DNA of 64,000 bases from Oikopleura dioica. Lineage: Eukaryota; Animalia; Chordata. A program made the translations under genes and the position numbers. The notes beneath the pieces are model-generated. The model saw nothing but the letters and a program-made list of their open reading frames with translations, was not told the origin of the DNA and made no database searches. Within the stretch, counting starts at the first letter, position 1. Each line of letters starts with the position of its first letter. Of the stretch, positions 1 to 13,100 are shown piece by piece. The DNA lies in assembly GCA_907165135.1 (NCBI GenBank), contig OU015568.1:11098001-11162000 (forward strand), given 5' to 3'.

Positions 1-1986
1 ATGCTAAGAAAATCCGACGATAATTTTTAAACGAGAAAAATCAACAGCCCCGTTGGATCGTTGTTATTCAGACAATTTCCGTACATTTTCGAATCTCCCC
101 TTAGTTTTATGAAGAGACATCGAATCATTCCCAATCGGAAGCATTAAAACGCGGAAATAGCTGAATCAAGCTGTTTTTTGCCTTGTCTGACAAGTTTTAG
201 TGCCTTGCCGCGGTTTTGCCGAATGATGATGTATTCGCGCATAATATTCGCGTTTTCGGCCGAAGTTTTTAAGATTTTTGGGAAAGCGCTCGGTGCATTC
301 CGCACGGCGGGCAACTCAAACAATCCCGAAACGAGAAGAATGCTCCCCACTTTGGAGTAAATTTACACCTGACACGGTGGTGCAAAATTCACCACAGCAT
401 TCCCACCAAGCCCGCTCCACACATTCCTACTGCATTCAAACCTTCTGACCCTTCCTATGGGACTCAGACGGTCATTTTTTCACCGGTTACTTACCCAGCC
501 CCAAAAATTCGTGTCGTTGAATATTTCCATTGTTGAGTTGTTACAGTTGTTCGAATCCAAAATGACATTAGATCGCATTTTAATGCGAATAAATCATTCA
601 ACTCTCTCCATTTTCACGAGCCGATAAACATAAAACTCCTTTCCTGATTGAATGCCCCCAGGCTGTCGCCCAAGCTGTCAGTTTAATTCAGACAAAGTGC
701 AGTCCCAGTTCTGGAACTCGCTTATTGCCACCATCAAATATTCATCCCCGCAAATCGACACAAAGAAAAAAAGTAAACCAACCAGTGTTAATTTTTCAAG
801 CGCCGCGCACGTGATGCATTTTGTATTCAAATTTGTATCCAAAGTAATACAGTTGCTACTCGATTATCTACTCGGACGTTGAGTACGTTTCGAGGGCCCG
901 AGTTCTAGCGCCCGCGGATGAGTTTTTTGAGAGGGGAATTTTTAACAGCTGATTGAATTTAGGATAACCGAGGCTCTAAATTTGTAATTTATCGGATGAT
1001 TTCGATAGCCAGAAGAATTTGTTAACACTTGATAAAAGCTGCGCTTGAGAATTACAGACGCAAATCAACAGTGATACGGGCCCCACCCGGAAAGACGACC
1101 TGGCGTCATGTAATTTCACAAGTCACCAGTCAAGTATCCGGGAAATGTCCCATCGCTAGCTGGGTGGTCTTCTTTCTTCGCAGTGATGGGTGGGCCCGGC
1201 AGATAGAGTAGCCCTGCCCTCGAGCGGGTGGCACTTCTCCCACTCTCGACAAGGGTGTTATTAGATTCTAATTACGCATGGATTTTAGGGCTTCATTCTC
1301 AAGCCGCTCCCAATTTGTTTTATTTCTTTATAGTACCAATAGATAATTAACAAGTCGATAAACGCTTTCGAACAAAAACAAAAACCATGCTCAAGATAAG
1401 CCTACTAACAAAGGGGTTCACGTGGTTCCAATTTCAAGCTTTTTAAAATATATTTTAACATGTTTATTTTAGCTGCCGTATTTATCGAGTTTATATAATG
1501 GAGGACTTCCAGGTGCCACGCCAGAGCTCGGCAAAGAAGGTAAGAAAATGTCAAATTTACGGCGGCGTTTAGGAGCAAACAGATAGCCCAAGTGGTCGAT
1601 AGGCGTAAAAATGCGAACATGTTTGCGATTGTGTCTTTGCTCTCGGCTTAGAGGCAGCTTTGGGCACAAGCCGATAAGGGGAGTATGCCTTCCCGCGTCG
1701 AGAGTTCCAAGGGCGTCTTTTCAAAACAGTTCAATTTGTATAGTTTGGTTTTGATCAAACAGTAATTGCACAATCGCTAGTGATTGAGCCGGGCGGATTT
1801 CCGGGCCGGATCCGATTGTAAAATCCACAGGCGCGCGCTTTTGGGAGATTTTAGCCTGACCCAGGGCTCGAAAATAGTTTCTCCTTCAAGTTTTCAAAAA
1901 ATATAATTCCGAAACTAGTTTCAGCCGGAATCAAGCCAATGCTCCATCAAGAGTTCTCCCATATCGATTTCAAACTATTTCTTTAG

Positions 1987-4900
1987 GACTTATGCCCGGC
2001 CTTAACCCTTTCCAGTCTTCAATCAACCCTTGGGCCAGCTACCAAGGTCTTGGCGGTCTTCGCTACCCATTCCCTGGCCTTCGACCTCCCGGGCTGCAAG
2101 GCGCCTTTGGTCACTTCCAGAATCCAGCTGCTCAGAACCTAAACAAAGAAAGGTAAGATACGCACAATATTTTCACTTTTCGGCTGGCTCGTTTGATCCC
2201 AGGGACTGGCTATCCGCACCCTAAAGTTCGAATAAGTTTTCGCCCTTTCGTTGCGGTCGAGTCGCTTTCCAAAATTATTTTATAATCTTATTTCTACCGG
2301 TTTTCTTTGATCTGCTCCAAAAATACTGCTCCCCAATTCTTATGCAAATTGCCTCCATCGGCTAATCCGGAAGCTGCGATTTTTTGAGAATCAAAAATGC
2401 ACCTTAATTCAAACCAAACGGTGCATCGGTCCCTGGTTATTAGAATGATTTGCATGGATTAGCACATCCATTTGCCAAAACTTGCGCCGAAAAGGGCCGA
2501 CCGAAATCAAATTAACTGCGCGGCAATTGCTGTAGCGAAATGTATTTTCGCGCAAATTTCTCTCTTTCAATAAGGGTTGACTGTATTCACCGCTTTCTAG
2601 TATTCGTGATGAGTAAAGTATGAGTAGCAAAGGCCAATTTATTCGCTATTTTTAAGCTTTACTTCATTTTTCAGAGAACAAATCGTCAAACAAGAAGCAA
2701 AACCAAAGTCGAAAAAACCTCACATCAAAAAACCACTCAACGCGTTTATGCTGTATATGAAAGAACAGAGAGCCAAAGTCGTTTCGGAATGTACGCTGAA
2801 AGAATCAGCTGCTATCAACCAGATCCTCGGCCGAAAGGTAAACACTGCAACAAGCGTCTATCTACAGATAAATTACAGTAATAACCGGCAAACACAGATT
2901 AGAAATTAAACACAAAGGAAAGTTCTGATTGGCACCGGAAATTTGAATTATGAGAGCGAGTGGATAATCCGGGATCATGGTCGTTTCGAGTAAAAAGAAA
3001 AAGAAAATCGTTTGTTCCGCACCGTTTTTGCCAGATTTGCTCCAGTGGCATTCTATAGATTTCATTTCCGCCTGAAAAAATGCTAGAGCCATTGTTCCTA
3101 GCGGTACCTACGTCGCCTTGAATTCAAATTGAATGAGCTTGAATCTCTTGAATTTCAAATTTCTGTAGAGTTATGCGCAAACAAAACAAGAATGGTACAT
3201 CCTCAAAGTATCCTTCTAAACAGTAGCGGAAAGACTCAAACCAGAAAATTAGGAGTTATCTTTATATTCGTATGTGCAATACAAGTTTGCTTGCTCTAGG
3301 GATTAAGGGGATCACGTTTGATGTTGATAGAACGGATTGCGGTTTTGTCCGACGAGCTCATCATGTCCGACAGAATCATGTCCTCCTTAGCGAAATCGGA
3401 GAGCACTTCCGAGCGCGCATCAAAAAGCATTGGATTTAAAATGTATCGTTTGCTAAATCTGATATTTTAGTGGCATGCGCTGAACAAAGAAGAGCAGCAA
3501 AAGTATTATGAGATGGCGCGTAAGGAGCGCGAGAAGCACATGGTCATGTATCCCGGTTGGTCGGCGCGTGACAATTATGGAAAGCGTAAAAAGAACAAGG
3601 TAAGGTCTACCCACCAGGAACAGCTTTTTAACTGTAATATTCAGGACCAGCCAGGCAACGCGCATATGGAAGGTAAGCTGCTAGCGACTTTTCCCCTCGG
3701 ACTTGTTCTGACACTCCCTCCCCCTTATTATCCCCTCCTTAGCGCAAGCCTAAAGTATTTACTATTTATCGTAAAGTTAACCCCTCCCTAAGCACCACAG
3801 GAGCCGGATACCGACATCTGCTTTCGATCGGCCCGTGGGAGCAAAAGCTAATCCCGCTTCTTGAGTTTCGACTCACATATAGAATAAGTTAAATCCTCAA
3901 ATCGGACAGAGAGTGAGATAGATACAAATCGGACAAAATCCCGGTGCATCGCCGGTACTTGTTCGAGGTCACGCCTAATTGCGCCGATTTCTTTGTCCGT
4001 TCCGCCTGGTCTGACCCAGACCTGTCTATACAAGTTAGCTATTTTCTTTGATCGAGCTATCATAAGATAGATCCTTAATAATTGCCAGGAGAAAACTCCA
4101 ATCAATTCAGTTAAAACCGTAACAGTAGAATCGATTTTCAAATTTTCCACGGCTCCCTGCCGAGATGAGACGATAAGCGGCGATGATCGATATATCCGGC
4201 ACCCTGTGTGGCCCATTTCCTAAATACAGTTACTCAACTCTTTTTATAATAGAAAAGCGGCGTAAAAGCCAAAGCTCGGGCAGCTCGTCCCATCAGCATT
4301 CCGTCGATAACGGGTAATTTTTATAAAAACGCTTAAAGTTTACTAAAACCAAGAAAAATGAAATGATCGTACTCGTTAACAGTCTACTATTATTTCTAAC
4401 AGTAATCAAGAAAACTCTAACATCCAACTACGACTAAAATAAAAGCATAAAAAGTAGAATGGGCATGCTGCTACGAATGTATCGGTGTTTTTGAGCGATT
4501 CTTAAGGCTCTCTCTCTCCCTTGAAAACGAGTTGTTTCAAGAGCAATATCCTTAAGAATCTCTCATCTACTTTCTCCCCCGCACTCATAAACCCTAACCG
4601 CACACATAAACACACACATCCAAACCAACCAAACAACCTACCAATCGAAAATCAAGCTACTTACTATTACCAAATACTAAACCTTTCTTTTGATTATACG
4701 AGTAACGACGGTGGCTCGGCTAAGAAGTGTAGGGCTGTTTACGGCCTTGAAGCTCAGCACATGTGGTGCGCACCGTGCAGGTAAACGCATTTCCCATCTA
4801 CCAAATTCCATGTCGAACTAATATGGTGTTATTCATTTGCCTTTTCTAAAAATATATTCCCCGTAATATGTAAAGCAGCTAAATATTTACTAGAATGATA

Positions 4901-7900
4901 AATCCTCAGAAAAAAGAGGCGAATGAATAAATAAAACTTCATCACGTGATTTGTCAGCTAACCATACTAAAAATTGATGTTAGTAGGCTCCATCATATTG
5001 TGATTTATGTTGATTTTGAAAAAGTAAGAAGCTTTCAATTATTATTTTATTATATAAAATCGCTTTTTCTTTATCTTTGTTGTTTTTTAAAAGATCATTT
5101 TTGCTCTCCAACTCGGCGCTTATTCTGTTTTCACAAGGTATTATGCTAGATCGGTACTGGTTGAAAGGGAATGTTGGTTTAATCGAGGATTTAGAAAAAT
5201 TCCTCAAAAGCCCAGAACGCAGATAACGTCAGCTTAAACAAATTCGAAGGTGCGCTAGTTTGCATCATCAAGGTTTTAACAATGAAGGAGAAGGCCCTTT
5301 ATGTGAAGGATTTCAGTAACTCATTCAATTTCCAAGATGCTAGTAATGGTAATTCTTGGTACTTTCGCTGTTGTGTCGAATTTTTAGACACTGAATAGAG
5401 TGGGTTAATTTTCATAGTTTTTCGCTTCTGCCTCTTCAGCGCTAGGATATTATATCAATATTTATACGCTGTTGTGTGTTTTATGAATGTAAAGAGGCAT
5501 TTACGGTTGCGCTTGTGTTTGCCAGCAAGCAACTGGAGGTGGTGGAGTACTAAGCGCGGATTTGTTGATAAATCGTTGGCGATTTCGGCGCCAAATGCGC
5601 GCTTTAGAACAACAAACGCCCTGCTGCTCCTCATCCCTCTTCGCCATAAACAAGAAGTGATTCTTCAAAATTTTCCAAATTTCACACTCAAAATTCCTGG
5701 GTTCAAAAAAGAAGTTCCATTACTAGTTTTGTGGTTGGGCAGAGATTTTCCGCCTGACCACAGTCAAATAATAGCCACACGCTTGGCCATGCATTGTGGA
5801 GAAAAAGTATTTCGATTGGCAGGAGGAGCGGCGAGGTGCTTTGAAGTGGCGTCGCACAACCCTAAACAGCGCCACCCTTTTTGGTAAACCCTTTTTACGT
5901 ACGCACGTAAATGCACTACGCGCGAGGGAAAACGTTAACCCTTCTAAACGCCGATTATTTGCATTAATGAACTCAAGGTGTTAACGATTCATATTCGATT
6001 TTAAATGATCTCGACCTAGTATCAAGTTTCCAAGGGAAATGAAGGGGCTCCTAATTATCAATTTTTCCCGACACTCCGGAGAGTCAGAATAAAGAGACAT
6101 TTTGAGATTTTATCAATCGGCCCCGGTCTTTGTGAATTGAATTATTTATTTGTTGTTTTTCGATAAGCAGTTTTGACATAATTCCTTATTTTGTCATTTC
6201 GCCTTATCACTTTGAAGCTTTGAGGAGAGATTCTGCGCTCCATTGATTTTCGCTTATTTTTTCTTTCGAATTCTTTTTTCCCTCGAGAAATTTTCATTTA
6301 TAATTTTTGCTCACACCATTTTTGAATCATTGTTTTTGAGGATTGTTTTGATGATTTGAGTTCTTTGAAAGAATTTTTCGAAATTACGAATCGCACATTG
6401 ATCGTTGAGGTGAGCGATAAAAAAGTTATGGAAGTAGTTGTGTTAATAATTTATGGATTTCGTCGTAAATTTGCTCCGGCGAGATTTACGGAGGACGATG
6501 ATCGGGAACCCGTGGACCTTTTTAGTACCAGCTGGGCTGTTTTATGTCCTTCTGGAGAGTTTTCTTTTTCGAGGCTGTCTTTTACGGCCATCCGGTTCGC
6601 TAGGTGGATAAATATTTTATGCACAAGCTTAGTTTGTAGTTTGGGTAAGATAGGGCTATCCGCGCAGGCTGAGCAAGCCGAGGTTGACAGGATGTCGAGC
6701 ACCAGCTATCAAAAAACCGAAAAACCAAAACACAGGAAACTTGAGTTTTACGCGTGTGGTCTGTGGTCAGATGATAGCCACTCGCCCGCGCCAGTTCCTG
6801 ATTTAGTTTATATGCGAAATTAAAAATTAAAAGTAACAGACTTCGCTCTCTTGAAAAAGAACTGATTGAATCAAAGAGCTACGGTGTGTAGAAATACTGA
6901 TTATTCAGGCACAATCTGCAGCACGTCAGTTTATAAGACCATTTGAAGGGCTCGCAGTGAAAAGTAAATAACTTTTCGTTTTTTATTTGCCAAATGAAAA
7001 TATTATTTCCTTGGTGTCGCGAATGTGACTTGCCCGGCGGCGAGTGTGTCCTGATCAAAGGTCGTTTTGATTAGTTGATACATATTGACCCGAGCTCGGT
7101 TTTTCGGTTATTTTCTAGCTGTTGCGCAAATATAAACGATACTACCGGGATTAAGGGGCTGCCAGTGTAGTTATGGTTTCGACCACGGCGTCGATTAAAT
7201 CGCTTAATTCGTCCGTGAGGTGGCCTAATCCTTCCTGCCCTGCGAGTCATCCTCGCTTTCCTCTTACGAACTCCGCGCCTTGAGTTTTGGGATTTTCGAA
7301 TCTGATAAAAAAGAAGGAACCGGCCGGGCGAGTGGTGATTGTGCCGCCTCAGCAGTTCCAAGTCGAAATTTTTAAAAAGCGAAAACAAAGGGGAAGTTCT
7401 GGGCACCACAAAGATAGGTTTATAACAGCACTTGTACAGGAGTTGCCCTCATACTACCAAGCTAAGGGGGTAAGCAATAGTTATGCAGATTGGCTGCCAA
7501 GGAGAAGTTTACATATTGTCATGGCGATAGTCGGATTTAAGCCCGATTTGGACATTTGTGATAAGTCCCTTCGGGATGTTCGCCTGTCGACTTGGCAAAG
7601 ATAAAGATAAAGTGGAAAGAAAACGATTTGTTCAACACGTAGATTCGTAAAACTTGAAAGCTTCTTCTTTTTACGAAAAAAAAACTGATTTGACTCATTG
7701 CATAACTTATCTTCTAGGAGAAAAAAGAAGTGTGTCCGATACCCAGAAGGCGACGATTATTCGCAACAAGCCCAAAACGGAAATCCGCTGCTATCCAACT
7801 CTCCTCTCGCACTAGGAATGCTTCAAGGCTCGCCGCTCTCTCCCCACTTCAACCAGGTAACTAACAAAGCTAAATTTATGCACCCGCCCCACTTGTCAAT

Positions 7901-9023
7901 GTTTGCAACTCGAGAGAGGGCCCAACCGGTGAGATTTCCCGTAAACACCGGAACAAAAGAAGAGAAATATTTCTCCGAGCGTCGTTTGATCGAGCTCAGC
8001 CTTGGCGGAAGTCCTCGTACGGCGAAAACACTTGCCTGGAGCCCTCTTCATTTACTTCCGGGCACACAGACCACTCTTGTGTAACTCGAAGTTTAGCGAG
8101 CTCACAAAATAGAGCATTGATTTACAGTGCCTTCTCGAGGAAGAGGCTTGATCTCCCCTTTCTTTATCTATAATTTCATAAAAACTAACAGGATATTTAG
8201 GGCTCGCCTGGTGGCTTCATGTCTCACTCGCCGCTGGGAATGCCAGACCACAGCGCAATGCTCGCCGCCGCACAGATGAATGCACTCAACAGTTCCGCGC
8301 TCAGTGGAATGCTCAACGCCGCCCGCCCACCCTTCAGCACCAGCCAAGGGATGCCCTTTGGTGTGGGCAACCCGCTCGGAGGCAAATCCTCACCCATCGG
8401 TCGCGGAACACCATCAAGCGATGGAGGCTCCGGAAGCGCCGGTAACGGGCCCACTATCCAGGTCATCGACGTCAAGCTCGAAGAGGTAAGATATTCAATA
8501 ACATACTGTTTCGTAGATCCACTAAAATTAAGGCCACGTTAGCTATCCGAAGGAGATTATTTTTTCAAAACGCTCGAATTCTCAGTTTTCGTGATTCACA
8601 AATGACTGACCGCAGGATCGAAATTCTTATTCGATGCTCAATGCAAATGTTCGAAATAGCGGCGGCTGAATCACATTTATTGCGGTCAGCTTCGCCACGC
8701 GCAGCAAGTCGAGCTTCAAACTCACCAGACCGACTCGAGCTACTACTTGTAGCGCGGTTTCCGATTTTGATAAAAATGTAGAACCAAATTTCTTTCAAAT
8801 TCAGCAAGGCCGGTTTCAAGAAACATATCTTCTCGTATTTTGAGAGATGAAGCAAATTATATTGTAAAAATAAGTCTGCGTCTTTCAATGATCGAAAACG
8901 ATTTCCAAGCAATGATTCTAACTGTTACTTTAAGACTGACGATCAACTCTCTCCCTGCGTTTCGCCTGAACCAGCGCCGCCCATGAAGCGACCTCGACTA
9001 GAACCACAGGGCATCGTCACATA
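1987..9023 (+). CDS. TCF: TCF/LEF (pangolin-like) HMG-box Wnt effector with C-clamp/E-tail; multi-exon, 5' exons probably upstream
   Basis: Spliced exons: 2674-2837 [42 protein letters not shown]; 3471-3599 [41 protein letters not shown]; ~4702-4781 [20 protein letters not shown] joined to 7718 RKKKCVRY (C-clamp); last exon ends TAA at 9023. Introns are unusually long for this window. Confidence 0.95.
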
Positions 9024-10147
9024 ATATGCCCCTGGTCTGTGTTATTTAGTCAGTATGCTTCTACTCTGCCTGTAATATTGTTCATCCTTCCTAAATTGCG
9101 TTTTTTTCTAATTTATGGTGCAACGCCTCCTCCACCAAAAACCATACACCAGTAATGCCCATTTTATTGTGTCCCCCAGAATCAACGGTCGACCAATCAA
9201 AAAACAGTGCGCCTACGTGAACCGCTGCGAACCGCGCCAAGCGTAGGCGCGGTCAGACTAAAAACCCATACACACTCATACTCACTAAAGCCATTCACGA
9301 ATCTTACTTCTTCAATATTAAATATTGTTCATTCTTATATGACAATATCGTGTAGGCGCCACTGTACACTGTACACTCATTTTTGCTTAGTTAGTTTCGA
9401 AAATAGTGCGGGCACATGGCAAATTCTGGCCGGAATTTTGTAAAAAAAACTGAGACTATTTTTTGTATAAATTACGCTCAAAAACGCATTTGTGTGTCCA
9501 AATATATAATTCAAATAAACAGCCAAAATATCACAAAAAAATTGTCTTTGCTTGAAGAAATACAGAGGCAGGTGCAGGTGGGTTTGATTTATTTGGGGAA
9601 TGGCGCAAACCGCGGCGTAATCCAGTTCCAGAGTTGGTGCACCTGTCTCATCCTACTCCGCTAAAGAACGTTTCAAACCTCCAGAATTGCTTAAAATTTT
9701 TAAATCAAGCAACGGTACTTCAACTTGAAGAGTAGGTTCTTCTACTGAATTCTCAATCAGTTCCAATAAAAGAAGTAACTGTATCAAGGGCTTGAGCTGA
9801 AGTATCAATGTTCACATATGAAATCGAATTGCCTGAGATCAACGCTCGATTTGCTAGAGCCAGTTAGTCAAGCTTCTTTCTATTTGTTGTATCCGAATGT
9901 AAATTCGATTTCCAAGAATGCAACTATCATTTTTAATTGTTTTAGTAGTAAAACAAATCGGTAAGATCCATGGAAAAGTCGTAAAACACATGTCCTATTT
10001 CTTTATATTCATGTTTAGTACTTTTCAGCTGCATTATAAAGAACACGAGAGTTCATTTGTATAATAAATATGTATTCGAGTCAGGAAAACTAACAGTAAC
10101 AGTTGCTGTTTATCTCTTAGACATTAGTTTTAGATAAGCTGAAGAGT

Positions 10148-13100
10148 TTAATCAGAAATGTCGATGTGCGGAAGTCTATCCCAATTATCGCGATAAATAA
10201 AGTCAATCATTTCGTCGTAAAAATCGGGCACGATTTGGGAAACGCGTGAGCAGTCGCAATTGAAGTTGAATTCCAAGATTTTAGGGGCGATTCCGTTATC
10301 ACCTTCTTCTAGCATAATATCCACTCCGTACAAGGCTCTAGAATCCTTCATCAATAGATTCTTGTACACATTTCGAAAGGAAAAGTGATGCTATTGCTTA
10401 GCCGTTAAACGGAAAACAATAAATTCTCCTCTGATTCTCCTTGAATTCGAAAGAGAAAGTTACCTTGAGTTTCGGAGCTGTTTTATCTTCCCTGCCGGAA
10501 AGTCGCCCGACGCAGCTGCGGTAAGACATTCTTTTATAGCTCTAGCCGTTGGATTCTGAACATCCTGTTCCCAATCGTAGCCTGTATCATCCTCGAAAAG
10601 CTTGATGAAGTCCGTGAACCAAGGCTGATCGCGTTCTTCTGAAACCGCAATGTTCGTCAAATGGGCCTGGAGATCCGTAAAGGAATCTGCATCGTATGGT
10701 TTCGCCGCGAACTTTGGCCAGAAACGCTTTGAACGGTTTTATATCGGATCACCTTTACGATGAGAGCTATATACTATGCTATATCAAAAACCGATAACTT
10801 GATAATAGCAGCCTTGAGCGGCTTGAAGCTCAGGACAACAACATGATACCTAAAGTCAAATTTGACCTTGAGCGCGTCATTATTCGGAAGGAGAATCGGT
10901 CTATCGATATATTTTTGCACCAAGTATGGGACGGAGCATTCATGATGACGGACCAATTCCAGGAGATCGCGGGAAATTAGCGCTGACGTACCCTTATTTA
11001 CATGATGAAATCATGGAAGAGCTTGAGATCTTACGTGCGCGAAATTCCATGCCTTCAGGATCCATGTATTATCAGCGTCTTCCGCTTCGTTTTTGTTGTA
11101 TTGGGCCACGAAGGTTTCGATCTAAAACCATTCACAATTAGTCTGTCAACCATAAAGCTACATGTTTGTCTTGAAACTAACTTTTCTATACCTCAGACTT
11201 CAGGTCAAAACTCTGTGAGAACCAGGACGGGTGTTGTCTATTTCTCTGCCTCAATCGTTTTGCTACTTCTGACAGACAAACTTTTGTCGTGAGGAGATGC
11301 TCATTTGGAAATTGTGAAACTAGCTGATCTGGTCTCAGCTCATCAAAATTTTTCCAGTGGTCCGCTTGCCAGATAACGTCAGCATCCTCAGGCTCGGAGA
11401 CGATAGTAAATATATTAGAGTCCGCTTCTACCAGACTTTTGATGTCCGAGTAAATTGCCAGTGGAGCGGAAGATTCTCTTTGAACATCCGCGTCGTTTTC
11501 TTCTGGTGCTGTGAAATGGGTCTTATCGGAACTAGCTATAGATTTCTAAATGAAGCAAAATAGATATCAGAAATAGCAACAAGTGCGTTAGAACTTCTAA
11601 CTAAGAAGAAAAAATGAAGATGTGAGATCCTACTGAATTCAAAGGAACGGGAGAGAAGTACAAAGAAGGTACACTAATTTAAGGATTAGTTTCATTAAAT
11701 ATCCTTATTTTCGTATTCAAATTTAATTAATCAACTGAATATTTCAATTTTCCCATTTGATTATTTTCATTACTTTCTAAAACCCAATTTCTGTAGAAGT
11801 TTCGCCAATGATTCTTGCCCATTCTTGATACCATGGGCGCGGTTTAAGATTGGAGACGACCGGTAACTCTTCCGGCAGTGATGACTCGAGCCCGTAAGCG
11901 CAAAGGATAACTTCGCGTTTGATGGGCGTCGTCCCTGGCCGAACGAAATCGCGAGTGACTTCCTCGCCGTATCGAATATCGCGCAAGGGCCACATAACGC
12001 TACATGCACCGCCCATTTGTGCGCATATGAAGATTCCCATTTGCACTGATGGAGAGCTTCATCAAATTCGAAAAAGAGTCATCTCTAGTTTGGAGAAAAT
12101 TCCAAATAATTCCAGAATCATAAATCAGTTGAAAGAATGTGGCATTTAACCCTTTTTCATAAGTGCCAAGGTCATATTTTTATTAAGAGACTACTAAGAT
12201 AGTCAAGGCTTTGATTATTCTTTCTTGCTCGTTATCACGGGCATTCTGATTTCATACATTTCAAAGAAAATACTCCAGTAGAGGAGTCCAAATATTAAGA
12301 TTGTGTTGTTAAAAAGCTGCAACCGATAATTCCGGTGACCACTGGCGTCGACATAATACTAAATAGGCTTTCAAAGCCACCCTATTATGGTCTTTCTATC
12401 TAGCACCTGGAAAGAACAACACCGCCTGTTGATATACAGCTTGCTGAAAGATTTATGGGGCGCTGTTGATAAAAACCCTCTAAGATGAAGAGGGTGGAAA
12501 ATATTGGCGTATCTATAATGTTGAGAGATGTTTCATAAAAGATTATGTATAGTTACATTGTAGATTTCACACTGATTTGAGAGCGAAACTGTTAAGTTAT
12601 GGCTCTCACCATTGAGTTCTAGCGATGATTTTCAATGAAGACTCTCCAGCTTACGGGAGAGTGGAAAAATTGTTTTTATCTACTTTAGAGATACTAAAAG
12701 ACATTAAGATTCTACAACATGCTCTTATTATAAACACTTGGAAAATCTTTGTATTTTATGGTATTCTTTACGTATGCCCTCTCGCTAACAAATAAGAGGG
12801 CATCTACTAGAGACTCTACTAGAGATGTCGAAATTTTCATAAAATAGCCCCGACTTTGGGGGCTTACAAAGAATGGGAAGAAACGATAAACTCTACAGTT
12901 TGGTGAAAAAAACTCACTAAGACATTGATTCAACGGTGACTCTGAAAATATAGAAGTAGCCAAGTCCGCATAGTCTTGTGGTGTTCAAAGTTTACGACCC
13001 TAGACGAAGGGTGCAGAAGAAATATACTTAGTAATGTCAATTGTTATCGGAAAAAGCGTTTGAACTTGGTCCCACGCCGGAATGCTACATCGGCGCAAAG

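Noticed and set aside
398-470. Possible upstream TCF exon (IPTKPAPHIPTAFKPSDP)
   Set aside because: The composition is plausible, but I could not match its splice phase to the exon at 1987.
2305-7061. TCF-binding sites (CTTTGAT/ATCAAAG at 2305, 4046, 6870, 7054) suggesting autoregulation
   Set aside because: The count is about what chance gives in several kb of AT-rich DNA.
12147-12153. TAACCCT as a telomerase RNA template for the structured element
   Set aside because: It is only 7 nt (one TTAGGG repeat plus one base), and I could not identify a pseudoknot or 3' H/ACA domain. It is not supported, though cheap to test.
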